This document shows positions 1 through 10,960 of a DNA stretch of 64,000 bases, piece after piece. The stretch is from contig CM119269.1 of the NCBI GenBank assembly GCA_051294375.1, positions 20,569,665 to 20,633,664 on the forward strand. Reading direction: 5' to 3'. The translations under genes were made by a program, and so were the position numbers. The stretch's first letter is position 1. Every line of letters begins with the position of its first letter. The notes beneath the pieces are model-generated. The model saw only the letters and a list, made by a program, of their open reading frames with translations. It was not told where the DNA came from and did no database searches. The stretch comes from Paraspadella gotoi. Taxonomy: Eukaryota > Animalia > Chaetognatha.

Positions 1-67
1 ACAATAATCCAGATCCACTGACGACCCTCCATGTCAAAATCCTTTGGGTTTTGAGGAGGGAGGAGGG

Positions 68-141
<74 letters not shown>

Positions 142-541
142 AAATAATTTCGCAGCTTTGGGCCAGGAGAGAGTTTACTTTGATGATATGCTATTTTCTC
201 AGCTCATCGAGTAAATAGCGGTGATGATCAACTCGCTCAATTGCCTCTGTAGTATCAAAATAGTGTGTGATAGTGCTATTTTCAATGTTACCGAGGAATA
301 TGCCGCTTCGTCGCTCATCTTCCGCCATCTCACCTTTGCCGGATGATGTGCTTCTGCCTCTTCTGACCCGGGGTGATCGATGCCATGACTCGTTTTCTGA
401 CGTCGCTGCGATTCATTCCAACCCACGGATCCTCTGACCAGCATTCTCTCTTCTTCCTCCTCTTCCTCTTCCTCTCACCACGGCGCGCCGCTACGGAGAC
501 GGCGACGGCCGGCGCCGCCTCTCGCACGTCGGGGGCGTCAT
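1..541 (-). CDS. Partial exons of an unidentified minus-strand gene running off the left edge
   Basis: GC-richer open frame ...ERKRKRRKKRECWSEDPWVGMNRSDVRKRVMASITPGQKRQKHIIRQ ends at a CAAAG|GTGAG donor (~334) and joins in phase to an AAAG|GATTTT acceptor at ~42 (RILTWRVVSGSGLL). No recognisable domain. Confidence 0.35.
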
Positions 542-2013
542 GTTTTCTTTTTTCCTTTTTTTTATTTTTCTGTTTTGTTTCGATTCGGTTTTCGGTTTTA
601 TTCGTTGAATATTTAGGGGATTTTACTTTTTCGTTGTTTATTTGTTTTTTGTTATATTTGTTTGTTTTTTTGTCTTTGGCGGGTTAGAGTTTCATGCGAT
701 CGGTTCTTTTTCTCGAATTCACCCTTAGCTTTAAGATATTGTTACAAGTTTAATTTGTTTTCAAATAGTTCTGATTTTTTTTCTGGCTTTTCAGGGATTT
801 TCTAAGTTAAGAAAAGCCTTTGTATCAAATTTATCGAAGTATTTTTATTTGAAGACTGAACGCGCCAGTGGTTTCCTGTCGCTTTCGCTGTTCTTATCCG
901 CGCGCCCCTGAAGAAAATACACGACGTCAGAACTTATACGTGATGCTTTTTTTTTTATAAATTTAAATTTATGTCTTCTGTCTGAGTGAAAAAGAAAAAA
1001 GAAATGTTGAGGTTTTGGAAAAGAATTTTTGATTTGAGAGCCTTTCTTTCGTCGAGCATATTTTATCGGTGTCGCCATCTTTAGCCAGGTGAAAAAAACG
1101 GCGTCGTTTTCAGGTCAAAACGGTCGAAGAATATAAATCCTCAAAACTCGTGGGCTTAAAAACCTACTTAAAGTCTTAAAAACCTACCGATTTTTCTAAA
1201 CGACAAAATCTGGATGAATTCTATAACTATGACTATAACTTGACTTATCAGTAATCAGTAATGGCCAAGATGTCACAAAGCAAAAAGATGAAAATCGGAA
1301 AATTTGAAAATCGCCACTGGGGGTGAACTATGAACTATTTGTCATTGGGTGAGGGCACTCAAAAAAATTAACATGGCTTTATATGGTTTTGAGGAAAACT
1401 TTATTCAAATTAGTTATTGAGCTATTATTAATAATAGTATTAAATTTATTTCCCGATCGGTACCCGTGGATCTCCTTGTAAGTAGATAGTGATAGAAAAA
1501 CAATGAAAAGAATAAATAATGAAAACGTAAGGAAGAAACGTTAAAAAAAAAGCTCACTCAAGAGGCGTTAATTTGGAGTCGACTCTTTTTTCCATTTCAT
1601 TTCATTTCAACTTCAATTCAGAATTTTATTTCATTTCAGAATTACATTATCCTCGGCTTATTTTAAAAAAAATTCGCTTCACTCAATTTCACCTAAATTT
1701 TTTTCCCTCGCAAAGAAACGAGTTTTCCTAAATTCTAAGCGTCTCTTATGGATCCCCGTTTTTTGGGGTTTTTTTTTTCAAATTCTTAGGGCGGCCATAT
1801 TTCGCCTCCGCCTTTTCACTTTTTTTTTTTACACGTCAGAAACTGCCACTGGTAAAAAGGCAAGGGGGGCAAATCCCGTCCTCGTTTTAAAGGGCGCAGT
1901 CACTATCGACATCGTGGTCGTCATCCTCGTCCTCATAACGTCGTCGTCATCGTGTTTAGCGCCAGCTGCAACGCTTTATTGCCCACGCCAGGACCATTCA
2001 AGCGATAATTGGT

Positions 2014-2153
2014 TTATGAAATTTGTACAACCGATATAAAATTTTTCCATTCATCTAATAAACAAGCTATCTTGCCCCTGACTTTGGACAAGCTTTGGTG
2101 GTTTAAGGCCTCCATCACTCTTACAAGATAATGACATAGCAGGTCCCTGCAAG
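2014..2153. repeat. Dispersed repeat fragment, inverted copy at 57748-57888
   Basis: caagctatcttgcccctgactttggaca...gataatgacatagcaggtccctg here; near-identical reverse complement at 57748-57888. Confidence 0.8.
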
Positions 2154-2409
2154 CTTTCAATCAAGACTCTCTCACTGTTTGGTTTATTCACTCCCAGAGT
2201 ACCTGGCTTCCCTATCAATGAAGTTGTATATTAGATCGGAGAATACTATATTGTACTCCGACCAGCATCAAAATAAAAGGAGCTGAATTTTATATAATAT
2301 ATAATATATATATATATATTTTATAAATCATTTTCACCGCGCTCGTCTTCAATTTAATTTTTATTAGCCGTTTTGTGTCCTCCTCAGGCAGTCATATTGT
2401 TTGCCTCCT

Positions 2410-2545
2410 GATTTTGGTTAATATTTTCTATATCCATGGTTGGATTTACTTGAAACTTAACATTAACAATATTGCCATCATTCTATATTGGCCTGTTAAG
2501 AATTTATTAAAGAAATATCCGGCTTTTTTCGAGTTTAGTCCTAAA
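2410..2545. repeat. Dispersed repeat fragment, direct copy at 63618-63755
   Basis: gttaatattttctatat...gaaacttaaca...caatattgccatcattcta...ttagtcctaa is shared with 63618-63755. Confidence 0.8.
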
Positions 2546-2703
2546 TCTTTATCCCAAGGTCGTTACTAACGCTCACAAGTCACAACAGGTCTGAAACCGG
2601 TTATAAAAGTAAAAGAAATCTGTCAATGACGAGTGACCGGTTTATAACCGATCTGTTAGAAACATCAACAGATTTTTTATTATTTTAAGATAAACGTCCT
2701 AAA

Positions 2704-3079
2704 ATGATTTTCAGCAAGAAAGTTGCCGTTTTGGCGATCGTCATGTCATCATGATCTCTATCACTTACGGCACCGTTAGATACTGACACCCAGGAAGATG
2801 TTGTGAATACGCTCAAAGGTCTTCTCTCAGCCGCAATATTACGGTGAGTTTAAATGCTTACGGTTTATTATTTTACTCCTCAAAGATCCGTTTCCCAAAT
2901 TCCCTTTTTTAGTCTGCACGAAGAGATTGCAATATGTATCTTAAAGTTTATCCTTTGACAAAAACCATTCGATCTAAATCTTAAGCCAAATCTCATTTTT
3001 ATTCTTTGATTTATATCCTGAAGACAATATTCTCTGCCGAAGATCTGGCTATCTGAAACGACGACGAAGTATTGTATAA
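2704..3079 (+). pseudogene. Secreted Arg-rich peptide precursor, paralog A (disrupted, or carrying sequencing indels)
   Basis: Exon 2704-2843 reads MIFSKKVAVLAIV..IMISITYG..PLDTDTQEDVVNTLKGLL..SRNI and aligns to the 7187 precursor (MISSKKVAILAIVLIMIAFTCG..PLVDSDTQTIVRNKLRELLKSRNI) only with small frameshifts; in-frame TGA at 2752. Donor GTGAG at 2844. Terminal exon 3024-3079 reads xNILC-RR-SGYLKRRRSIV*. AATAAA at ~3105. Confidence 0.65.
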
Positions 3080-3317
3080 TTTGAAAAAAAAAAAAGCCGC
3101 CAATCAATAAATTTAAAATATTTGAAGTAGGAGCGATACAAGATGACAAGAATCAATACATAGTTTTATGAAAATTAAAAAAATTACGGGAAAGTGATGT
3201 TCTAAGAAAACAGGATGAATTAGAATTAAAAGTTAAATGAAATAATGAACAAGATTGAATTGATATGCTTAATCGAAATGATTTTTTTTTTTACTGCAGA
3301 TTTACCAACCGTCAACT

Positions 3318-6300
3318 ATGTTTCGCTTTCCAACATTTTTCTTGTCCCTGAATCTCGTTTTCGGAATTGACAAGCCTCATTTAGGTAAGTTAAATGTTAT
3401 TAAATAACTCTCACAGTCTTTTAAAATCACAGAAATATTTCAAAAGTGGAAAACTAAGGATAATCATAATGAAAGAATTTCATGATCTTACTTTAACCAT
3501 TTTTTTACGCCGAAATAATTTTTCAATTCGCCATCGCTTCGAATTCCTCGTCTCAGGCCATATGAAGCCATTCGGCCACCCCGACGCCGGAAACCGTATC
3601 CTCGTCGAGGAGACAACCGGGTTTTTGCCTCCGTCAAAGTTTTTCTCTGATTTCGTGGAGCCGCTTCGTCCGCTCATCTTCCGCGGAGGCTACAATGAAA
3701 CGAGGGCCTTCAGGCTTTGGGAGGATGGCTATCTCAAGTAAAAATTGAAGATGAACTTTCAACCTCGATTACAAATCTAAATCGAATCCAGGGCGCACGA
3801 AAGGAAATCAACTTATAAACAATTTTAACAGTTGTGAGCGAGTATATTTGAGTAGAGGCCTAGTTTCGTAGCTGGATATATGGTTATCATAATTGAATGA
3901 GAGTTACAATCTCATTGTTGATCGTCTTTACAAAATTCTTTGAGAAACTTTTTCTTTTCCCTTCTTTTTTTTTTTTTGCCCTAGAAACTTGAAAGATCCC
4001 GACCACACGACGGTGGTTGTTGAGTCGGCGAAGAAAGAAATCCGAGATCAGCAACTCTACGTGATCCCTCTTGATTTCTTTTTCGACCACTACACGGAGC
4101 TCCCTGTTTATCTGGTCCACAAATGCCCCGCGCATCTTCGCCCGGACACGCCCATTCCCGGTTCCATTCAGGCAGCTCTTTGTACTCTTATTATAGTTTT
4201 ATGCACGGTCGATAATTAAAGAAAGTTTTTAAACTTTTTTTTATTTCGTTGTAATGGTATAGAAATTAAAAAAATAAAATAGATATAAACATTGTCATAA
4301 AGTATTAATGAAAGAGAAACAAGATCGGTTCATCCAATGTGTTTCGCCGCATTGACTTTATTTTTGCGTGTATTTCTCGTTATGACGTTACATGACATGA
4401 CATGACGCGACATGACATGACTACAATAACTTTCTTAACCTTTCTTATTTCATCTTTTATCCTTTATAGTCCCTCTTGCCTTATAATAACATAGCAAGCT
4501 TTAATCAATATTTTTCTCCAGTGTCCGGAGCTCTTTCCTTTCTTCTCCTCCAATCAAATTTGGATGTCGAGCGGCGGGACCAGCGGATTCGTACACACGG
4601 ATCTCTTCGACAACATCAACTGCGTCGTTAGGGGCTACAAACAATTTGTCATCGTTGACCCAAGAAAGTGAGTTGCCTCTTCTTTTTCTTTTATGTACGT
4701 AAAATGTCGTACATGTCAATAAACTCGTTTGAAAAGTAACTGTAATGAAAAACGTATATAAATATTTTTTATAACATTCAAATTTNNNNNNNNNNTACAA
4801 TAACTTTCTTAACCTTTCTTATTTCATCTTTTATCCTTTATAGTCCCTCTTGCCTTATAATAACATAGCAAGCTTTAATCAATATTTTTCTCCAGTGTCC
4901 GGAGCTCTTTCCTTTCTTCTCCTCCAATCAAATTTGGATGTCGAGCGGCGGGACCAGCGGATTCGTACACACGGATCTCTTCGACAACATCAACTGCGTC
5001 GTTAGGGGCTACAAACAATTTGTCATCGTTGACCCAAGAAAGTGAGTTGCCTCTTCTTTTTCTTTTATGTACGTNNNNNNNNNNNNNNNNNNNNNNNNNT
5101 ATAATGCAAAATTTCGGTGACGGAATTCTATTTCGCCAACGTCTCCGCCGGAGATTGCCTCTACATCCCTTTCAATTTCATTCATCAAGTCAGATCCTTC
5201 GAGAGGAACATCGCCGTCAACGTCTTTTGGAAGCGGGAGGCGGTGGAACAGGTCGGAGAATGGGACGGAAACAAAAATTGTTAATTAGAAAACTATTTTC
5301 GTCCTTTCCTTTCCCGTTAACTTCTCGGTCCAGTTTTCCAATGTGAAGGCCGTTTAAAAGTTTTAAAACTTGAATCTTATTTTCTAAAATCCAGGGGGAA
5401 AGTTATTAACTTACTTTTGAAAGTAATGTGCGAGTCTCATTCACCTTTTAACTACCTCGCTAACTGGTTTGACAAAAATAACAAGTCCGAATTAAATGAA
5501 ACAAGAAAATTGAAAGTAGATCAGAATTCATGATTTTTTTATTCTTTGTTTTTTTTGTAAATCGCTTCAGCGATTGACTTTACCCTTGAATTTCGGTCAT
5601 TTTTTTTCTTTTTTTTTTTTAGTCCGTCATTTTATTTTCTTCCCCTCATCAAATTTTTAAAAAATCACTGCTCCCAAACAGATGGCCCGATTTTTATCAA
5701 ATTTATGCTAAACTCTTTATAATACAATTCGTTGTTAAAAACAAATTGTTTTTCTCCTAAATGCTAAACTCTTTATATTTCAATAAAATTTAATTTATTT
5801 TTAAAAGGTTTATAAAAATTCAAGTATACAGGGTGAATTTTAGGTCCGATATGAGTTTTTCTCCTTTAATGGCTTATATAAAGTAGCGCGTTTTTTTTTT
5901 TTTTTTTTTTATTTATTTTTTTTTGCACATAACTGTACATGGTACACAATTGTACAGTGTACAATACCTCAGCCTGACCTAAAAAAAAAGCCCATCCCCC
6001 ACACAAAAGAAATCGTGCATGAACCCAACGAACGGTGTTTAATTCTATCTCTAAAGGCGAACTTGACCGCTTGCTCCGGAGTCAAATCCATGAACCAAAG
6101 TCTCACCTTCGCTGACGTCGTCTTGGACGAAGAAAGAGTTGGCGGCCTCAAGGAGTTCGTCGGCAAAGTCGTCGACGATCACGACCAACTCACGTTACAG
6201 ACTTACTGGGAGAGCCACATGACTGACACTTTCGCCGACAGATACATTTTGGAAGGTGAGATTTGTGGGAAGGACGGAAAGTGAACTTTGTCTTGCAGGA

Positions 6301-6799
6301 AAAGTGGTTTAGAGTGATAATGATGACTAGCAAAGTAAGTTGAGCGAATGATGCGTGAGGTGAATCGGCCAATTCAATTGCTTAAACTGAACAGTTACTG
6401 CGGCTCAAATAATATTTTGTAACTTGAAAAAACATTTTTTTAAAAATAAAATAATAGTTTGAATGTTTTTTAAGGGATATAGTATATCGCTAAAGCGATC
6501 TACAATAACAATCTTTCTTTCCACACCCTCACAATATAGACGCGCCTGCAGACTTGGAAGCTCGCGCATTCTCTCTTTTCCGGCAACGAGTCTTTGAACG
6601 ACTCGATAGAGACCGAGACGGGGAAATCGTCGACGAGGAGTTGGAGAAGTTGAACGAGGAGGATTGGAGGGAGTTGGAAAGGGGATTCGCTGATGTGGAG
6701 GAGGTGGTGGACGAGGCCGTGGAATTGAAGAAAAGGACAGAAATGTTGGACAAGAATGAGGAAGAGGAAGAAGGGAAGAAGATGAAAGAGGAGTTGTGA
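3318..6799 (+). CDS. ER-lumenal JmjC (cupin-8, JMJD5/JMJD7/TYW5-like) 2OG-Fe(II) oxygenase with C-terminal EF-hand and KEEL signal
   Basis: Exons 3318-3384, 3557-3737, 3985-4171, 4522-4667, (gap)~5100-5251, 6057-6255, 6540-6799, with consistent phases wherever both sides are visible. Hydrophobic N-terminus MFRFPTFFLSLNLVFG; GHMKPFGH; PLIFRGG; WMSSGGTSGFVHTDLFDNINCVVRGYKQF (HxD); GDCLYIPFNFIHQVRSFERNIAVNVFW (distal His); EF-hand loop DRDRDGEIVDEE; ends KEEL*. Confidence 0.9.
4796..5074 (+). repeat. Gap-flanked exact duplicate of 4422-4700 (includes JmjC exon 4); assembly artefact
   Basis: Identical to 4422-4700 and bounded by N runs on both sides; the mirror-image arm (~15900-16380) carries this exon only once. 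Confidence 0.8.
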
Positions 6800-7186
6800 A
6801 GGATTGTGAAATTTAAACTCATGCAGTCACGGATTAAACACGGATTAAACACCTGCAGGAAAAATTAATGAAGACATTTTTTTATAAAGGTTTAGGAATT
6901 TTTTTATTATTTTTCGGGATAATCAACCGGTTTCTCGTTTAACCAGGAGCTGTCCCGGGTTTTTTAGTCGGTTTCTCATTCAACACTAAATCCTGTGAAG
7001 AAAATTTCAAAACTGTTTTTATTACTTTTTCAGACATTTTTTTAAACGGCCTTTTATTTTATATCATCAGAAAAACTCGTATTTATACTCTGAAACTAAT
7101 CTCTTTTGTCACAACCCTTCCCATTGTACAGATGCAACGATACAATTCTTTTTTTACCCTAATTTTTAGTAAAAACCATTAACAAA

Positions 7187-7543
7187 ATGATTTCTTCGAA
7201 AAAAGTCGCGATTCTTGCAATTGTTCTAATAATGATCGCCTTCACTTGCGGGACGGGCCGAAACCCTTTGGTCGACTCGGACACCCAAACTATTGTGCGG
7301 AATAAGCTGAGAGAACTCCTGAAATCAAGGAATATCGGTAAGTCAATAAAAAAAAAAATTTGACCATTTTAGTATACAAAAGGCTATTTTTAATCACTAT
7401 GATGGACCAGGTGATGAGGTAAAAACGTTTTCTATCTTTAACGGGTTCAATTAAATTGTTTTATATTTTTTTTAGAACCAGACGAGCAGGTGGTTCGAAA
7501 GAGAGCCATTTGGTCGCGCCGAAGAAGAAGAAATTCCGGATGA
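7187..7543 (+). CDS. Secreted prepro-peptide, paralog B (72 aa): signal peptide, pro-region, KR, AIWSRRRRRNSG (predicted amidated cationic peptide)
   Basis: Exon 7187-7337 (MISSKKVAILAIVLIMIAFTCG|TGRNPLVDSDTQTIVRNKLRELLKSRNI), GTAAG donor, polyT-AG acceptor, exon 7476-7543 (EPDEQVVRKRAIWSRRRRRNSG*), phase 1 matches. AATAAA at 7683. Confidence 0.8.
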
Positions 7544-10429
7544 ATCGAACAAAATCGACGAAGCAATTTAATTTAGTTTATTATCTACCACAAATGAATT
7601 ATCGGTTAAATGATATGATTCAACTGTTGTATGAGTAAAGGAAATGCAGTCAATGTATAAAAATTGAAAAAAATTTATTGTGAATAAAGACAGAATTAAT
7701 ATCATTTAAAAAAATATATAAAAGAAATTGTATGGACCCGCTTGTAATTGGAGCTGTTTGACGTCGTTGTACCATCGGTGATAGGAGAAACTATAAATGT
7801 GGAATTGTTGAAATATATATTCTTAAGTTTTCTGAGTTTTATAATAAATCTAAAACGATATATTACACGATGTTTTTGGTATTTTCTCATCGCTCGTCAC
7901 GTTTAAATTAAAATCGGCGATTAATTTAACTAATTTTTTTTTCATCTCAGAAGCTGAGAAAATTATGTCGTTAAACTTCATAAGGCTGCAGATACTTGGT
8001 GTTGTTAAAAACTGTAGACCCGGTTATAAAAAAGACGGAAAAAACTGACCATTCAGAACAGGAAATCAATAGACATAACGATGAATGAAATAAAGACAAT
8101 CCCCTAAACAACTTATCATATTCGAAACATATACATATCAAATTTTAAATAGCTTGTTGAGTTTTTCACCGCTAAAAATAAAAGAAATATGCCAATAATA
8201 CTAAATTAATGAATAAATAGATTAATGAATGGTTTTCTCGGGCATCTCGGGAACGAAAAGCGCGAGTTACCATTCATCAAGTCTGAGGCCATTTGTTTCT
8301 TGGCTCATTAAGTCCCGAGTCCGGAGGCGTTAATCCCTTGGAAAAAACGACAATAACAACAACAACAACGATAATTATTTGAACTATTTAAACACAACGA
8401 AACGAAAGGAAATAACGATGTTGAACTAAACTAAACCAACGTGAAAAGCCAAAAGGAAAACTACATTAACAGTTTAGCTAAGAATATTTATAAAAATCGC
8501 GGGAAAAAAAGAATTTTAAATAAAAGCAATTTAAGGACAAAACTGACTTTCGCAAAATTGAAAATTTTTAATTCTGCAAATTAAGAGTTTATATCAACTG
8601 GCAAAACATGGTTGTAACCGCGATGCCGTCACTCGAAACCGGCCGATCGCGATGAGCGTCGCTTTGTTGAAGGCGCCGGCGCCATAACGGTGGACGACTC
8701 TAACGGGGTATTTCGGGATTTGACGCTGGAGGGAAGCAGATGGAGGAGTTGAGAAAAATCGCTGGTCGAAAGCCAAATGGAGAAGGTTTGAGGAGTAGAG
8801 TGATGTGAAAATAATAAAATTTTATAAAACGAAATTATAGCATATAGAATATGAAAACAAAAACCAATAAAATATTTTGTTAAATTTATTTTTTTTTATT
8901 TTATACACAGTGGGAACCAGTGAGTTTATATTTTATATAGTAATAAGTATATAATAGCTAAAATTTCAAAATGCAAATTTTTAAATTTTAAGATCGGATT
9001 TGGATTCCTGGCAAAAAGTTGATTGATATAAGAAAATATAATTCTTTTTCAAAATTGTTTTTATTAAGTTGGTCAAAAATGTAAAAAAAACTATTTTTAT
9101 GACCATATACTATAATATGCATTCGAAGCATCTTATGGTTTACTAATTTATGCATACGTACGGTTCCAGCGAGGGACTCCCCAGCGTCTGCTACGAGAAA
9201 ACTTCGGTTAGAGAATACTTGGATTTCCATTGAGACGTTGGCGTTTCCCCCGCGAGATGAGTTGATCAAGTTGGCTGAAGAACGATGAAATAGTAAAAGA
9301 TAAAAGCCAAAAAGAATTCGACCTGCTATGGAAAAAATGTGGTTGTACGTAATGATTATGTATGCAGAGAAAATGTTTAAAAAACATATAGGTAGAGGAA
9401 GCAACTTGTATCCTCTCCGGCCATTTTTTTTTTTTATGTCCACAATACATAAGGTACCTCTCTCTAATTTTATACCTGACTTTCTCGTCTTTCTGTCACA
9501 CTAACTTTTAAATGCGATTAAGATTCGTAAATATCTTCTTGAAATACGTTAAAAAAACATATAAATATGAATCTAACCATTATAATTAATGATTCTCTTA
9601 ATGATTTTAAAAATGAATGAGTTTGTTTTGTCCAAAATTCTGCTTCGAGAACCAGTTATTTACTGGCAATATTTAAAAATAATTTCGCGAGGAGCCTTTG
9701 TCCTTTGACAATATCTTGTTCCTTGTCGCGCTTTTAATGCCGCTCCAAAATGTAAAAAAGAAAATTTACATTTTTCTTTGTGTTAAAAAAAAAATCATCA
9801 AAATTAATTAAAATTCTATTGAAAAGGTTTTACTCCACCAATGCGTCGGCGAAATATTCATTTTTCAGGTTGCTTTTGTTTTAAATTTAGAAGTTTGAGA
9901 GTTCTTTAAGTTTTAAGATGTATCTCTCTCTCTCTCTCTCTCACTCACTCACTCACTCACTCACTCACTCACTCACTCACTGACTCACTCACTCACTCAC
10001 TCACTCACTCCTCTATTATTGTTACCATATCCCGTTCGTGTCGGATTCAAAGATTGCAATCGACTGAAACAAATAGTCGATAAACTATATAAGGGATCGC
10101 TACTAATTTATATTTTTAAAAACTGTTTTCGCCATCGTTCTGCAATGCGTTTCACTAACTGTATGCTATTGAGTATCGTTTCCTTTTTAATGCACACTGC
10201 ACACTGTGCAGTGTGCACAGTGTATATTGAGCAATGTGTACGACTACGCCGCTGCTATGCAGTGTGTGTCTCGCCGTTATTGCCACTTCCATCCCGATTC
10301 TCCGCGCCAGCGATTTTAAAAATGCGAAGTATGTTAAATTCTGAGAGGTTGGAAAGGTTACGGGTAGGTTTTACAGGTGAAACTAGAATTTAGAATCTCT
10401 CTCTCAATCTCTCTCTCTCTCATAAGAAG

Positions 10430-10478
<49 letters not shown>

Positions 10479-10922
10479 AGAGAGAGATTCTAAATTCTAG
10501 TTTCACCTGTAAAACCTACCCGTTAACCTTTCCAACCTCTGAATATAACATACTTCGCATTTTAAAATCGCTGGCGCGGAGAATCTGGGATGGAAGTGGC
10601 AATAACGGCGAGAACCACACTGCATAGCAGCGCGAGTCGTAACATTGCTCAATATACACTGTAACACTGCACAGTGTGCAGTGTGCATTAAAAAGAACGA
10701 TACTCAAATAGCATAACAGTTGTGAAGCATTGCAGACGATGGCGAAAACAGTTTTTAAAATATAAATTAGTAGCGATCCCTTATATAGTTTATCGACTAT
10801 TTGTTTCAGTCGATTGCAATCTTTGAATCCGACACGAACGGGATATGGTAACAATAAGAGAGGAGTGAGTGAGTGAGTGAGTGAGTGAGTGAGTGAGTGA
10901 GTGAGTGATGTGAGTGGATGAG

Positions 10923-10960
<38 letters not shown>

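Noticed and set aside
4796-5074. Tandem exon duplication or mutually exclusive splicing in JmjC
   Set aside because: Exact copy between two N gaps and absent from the mirror arm.
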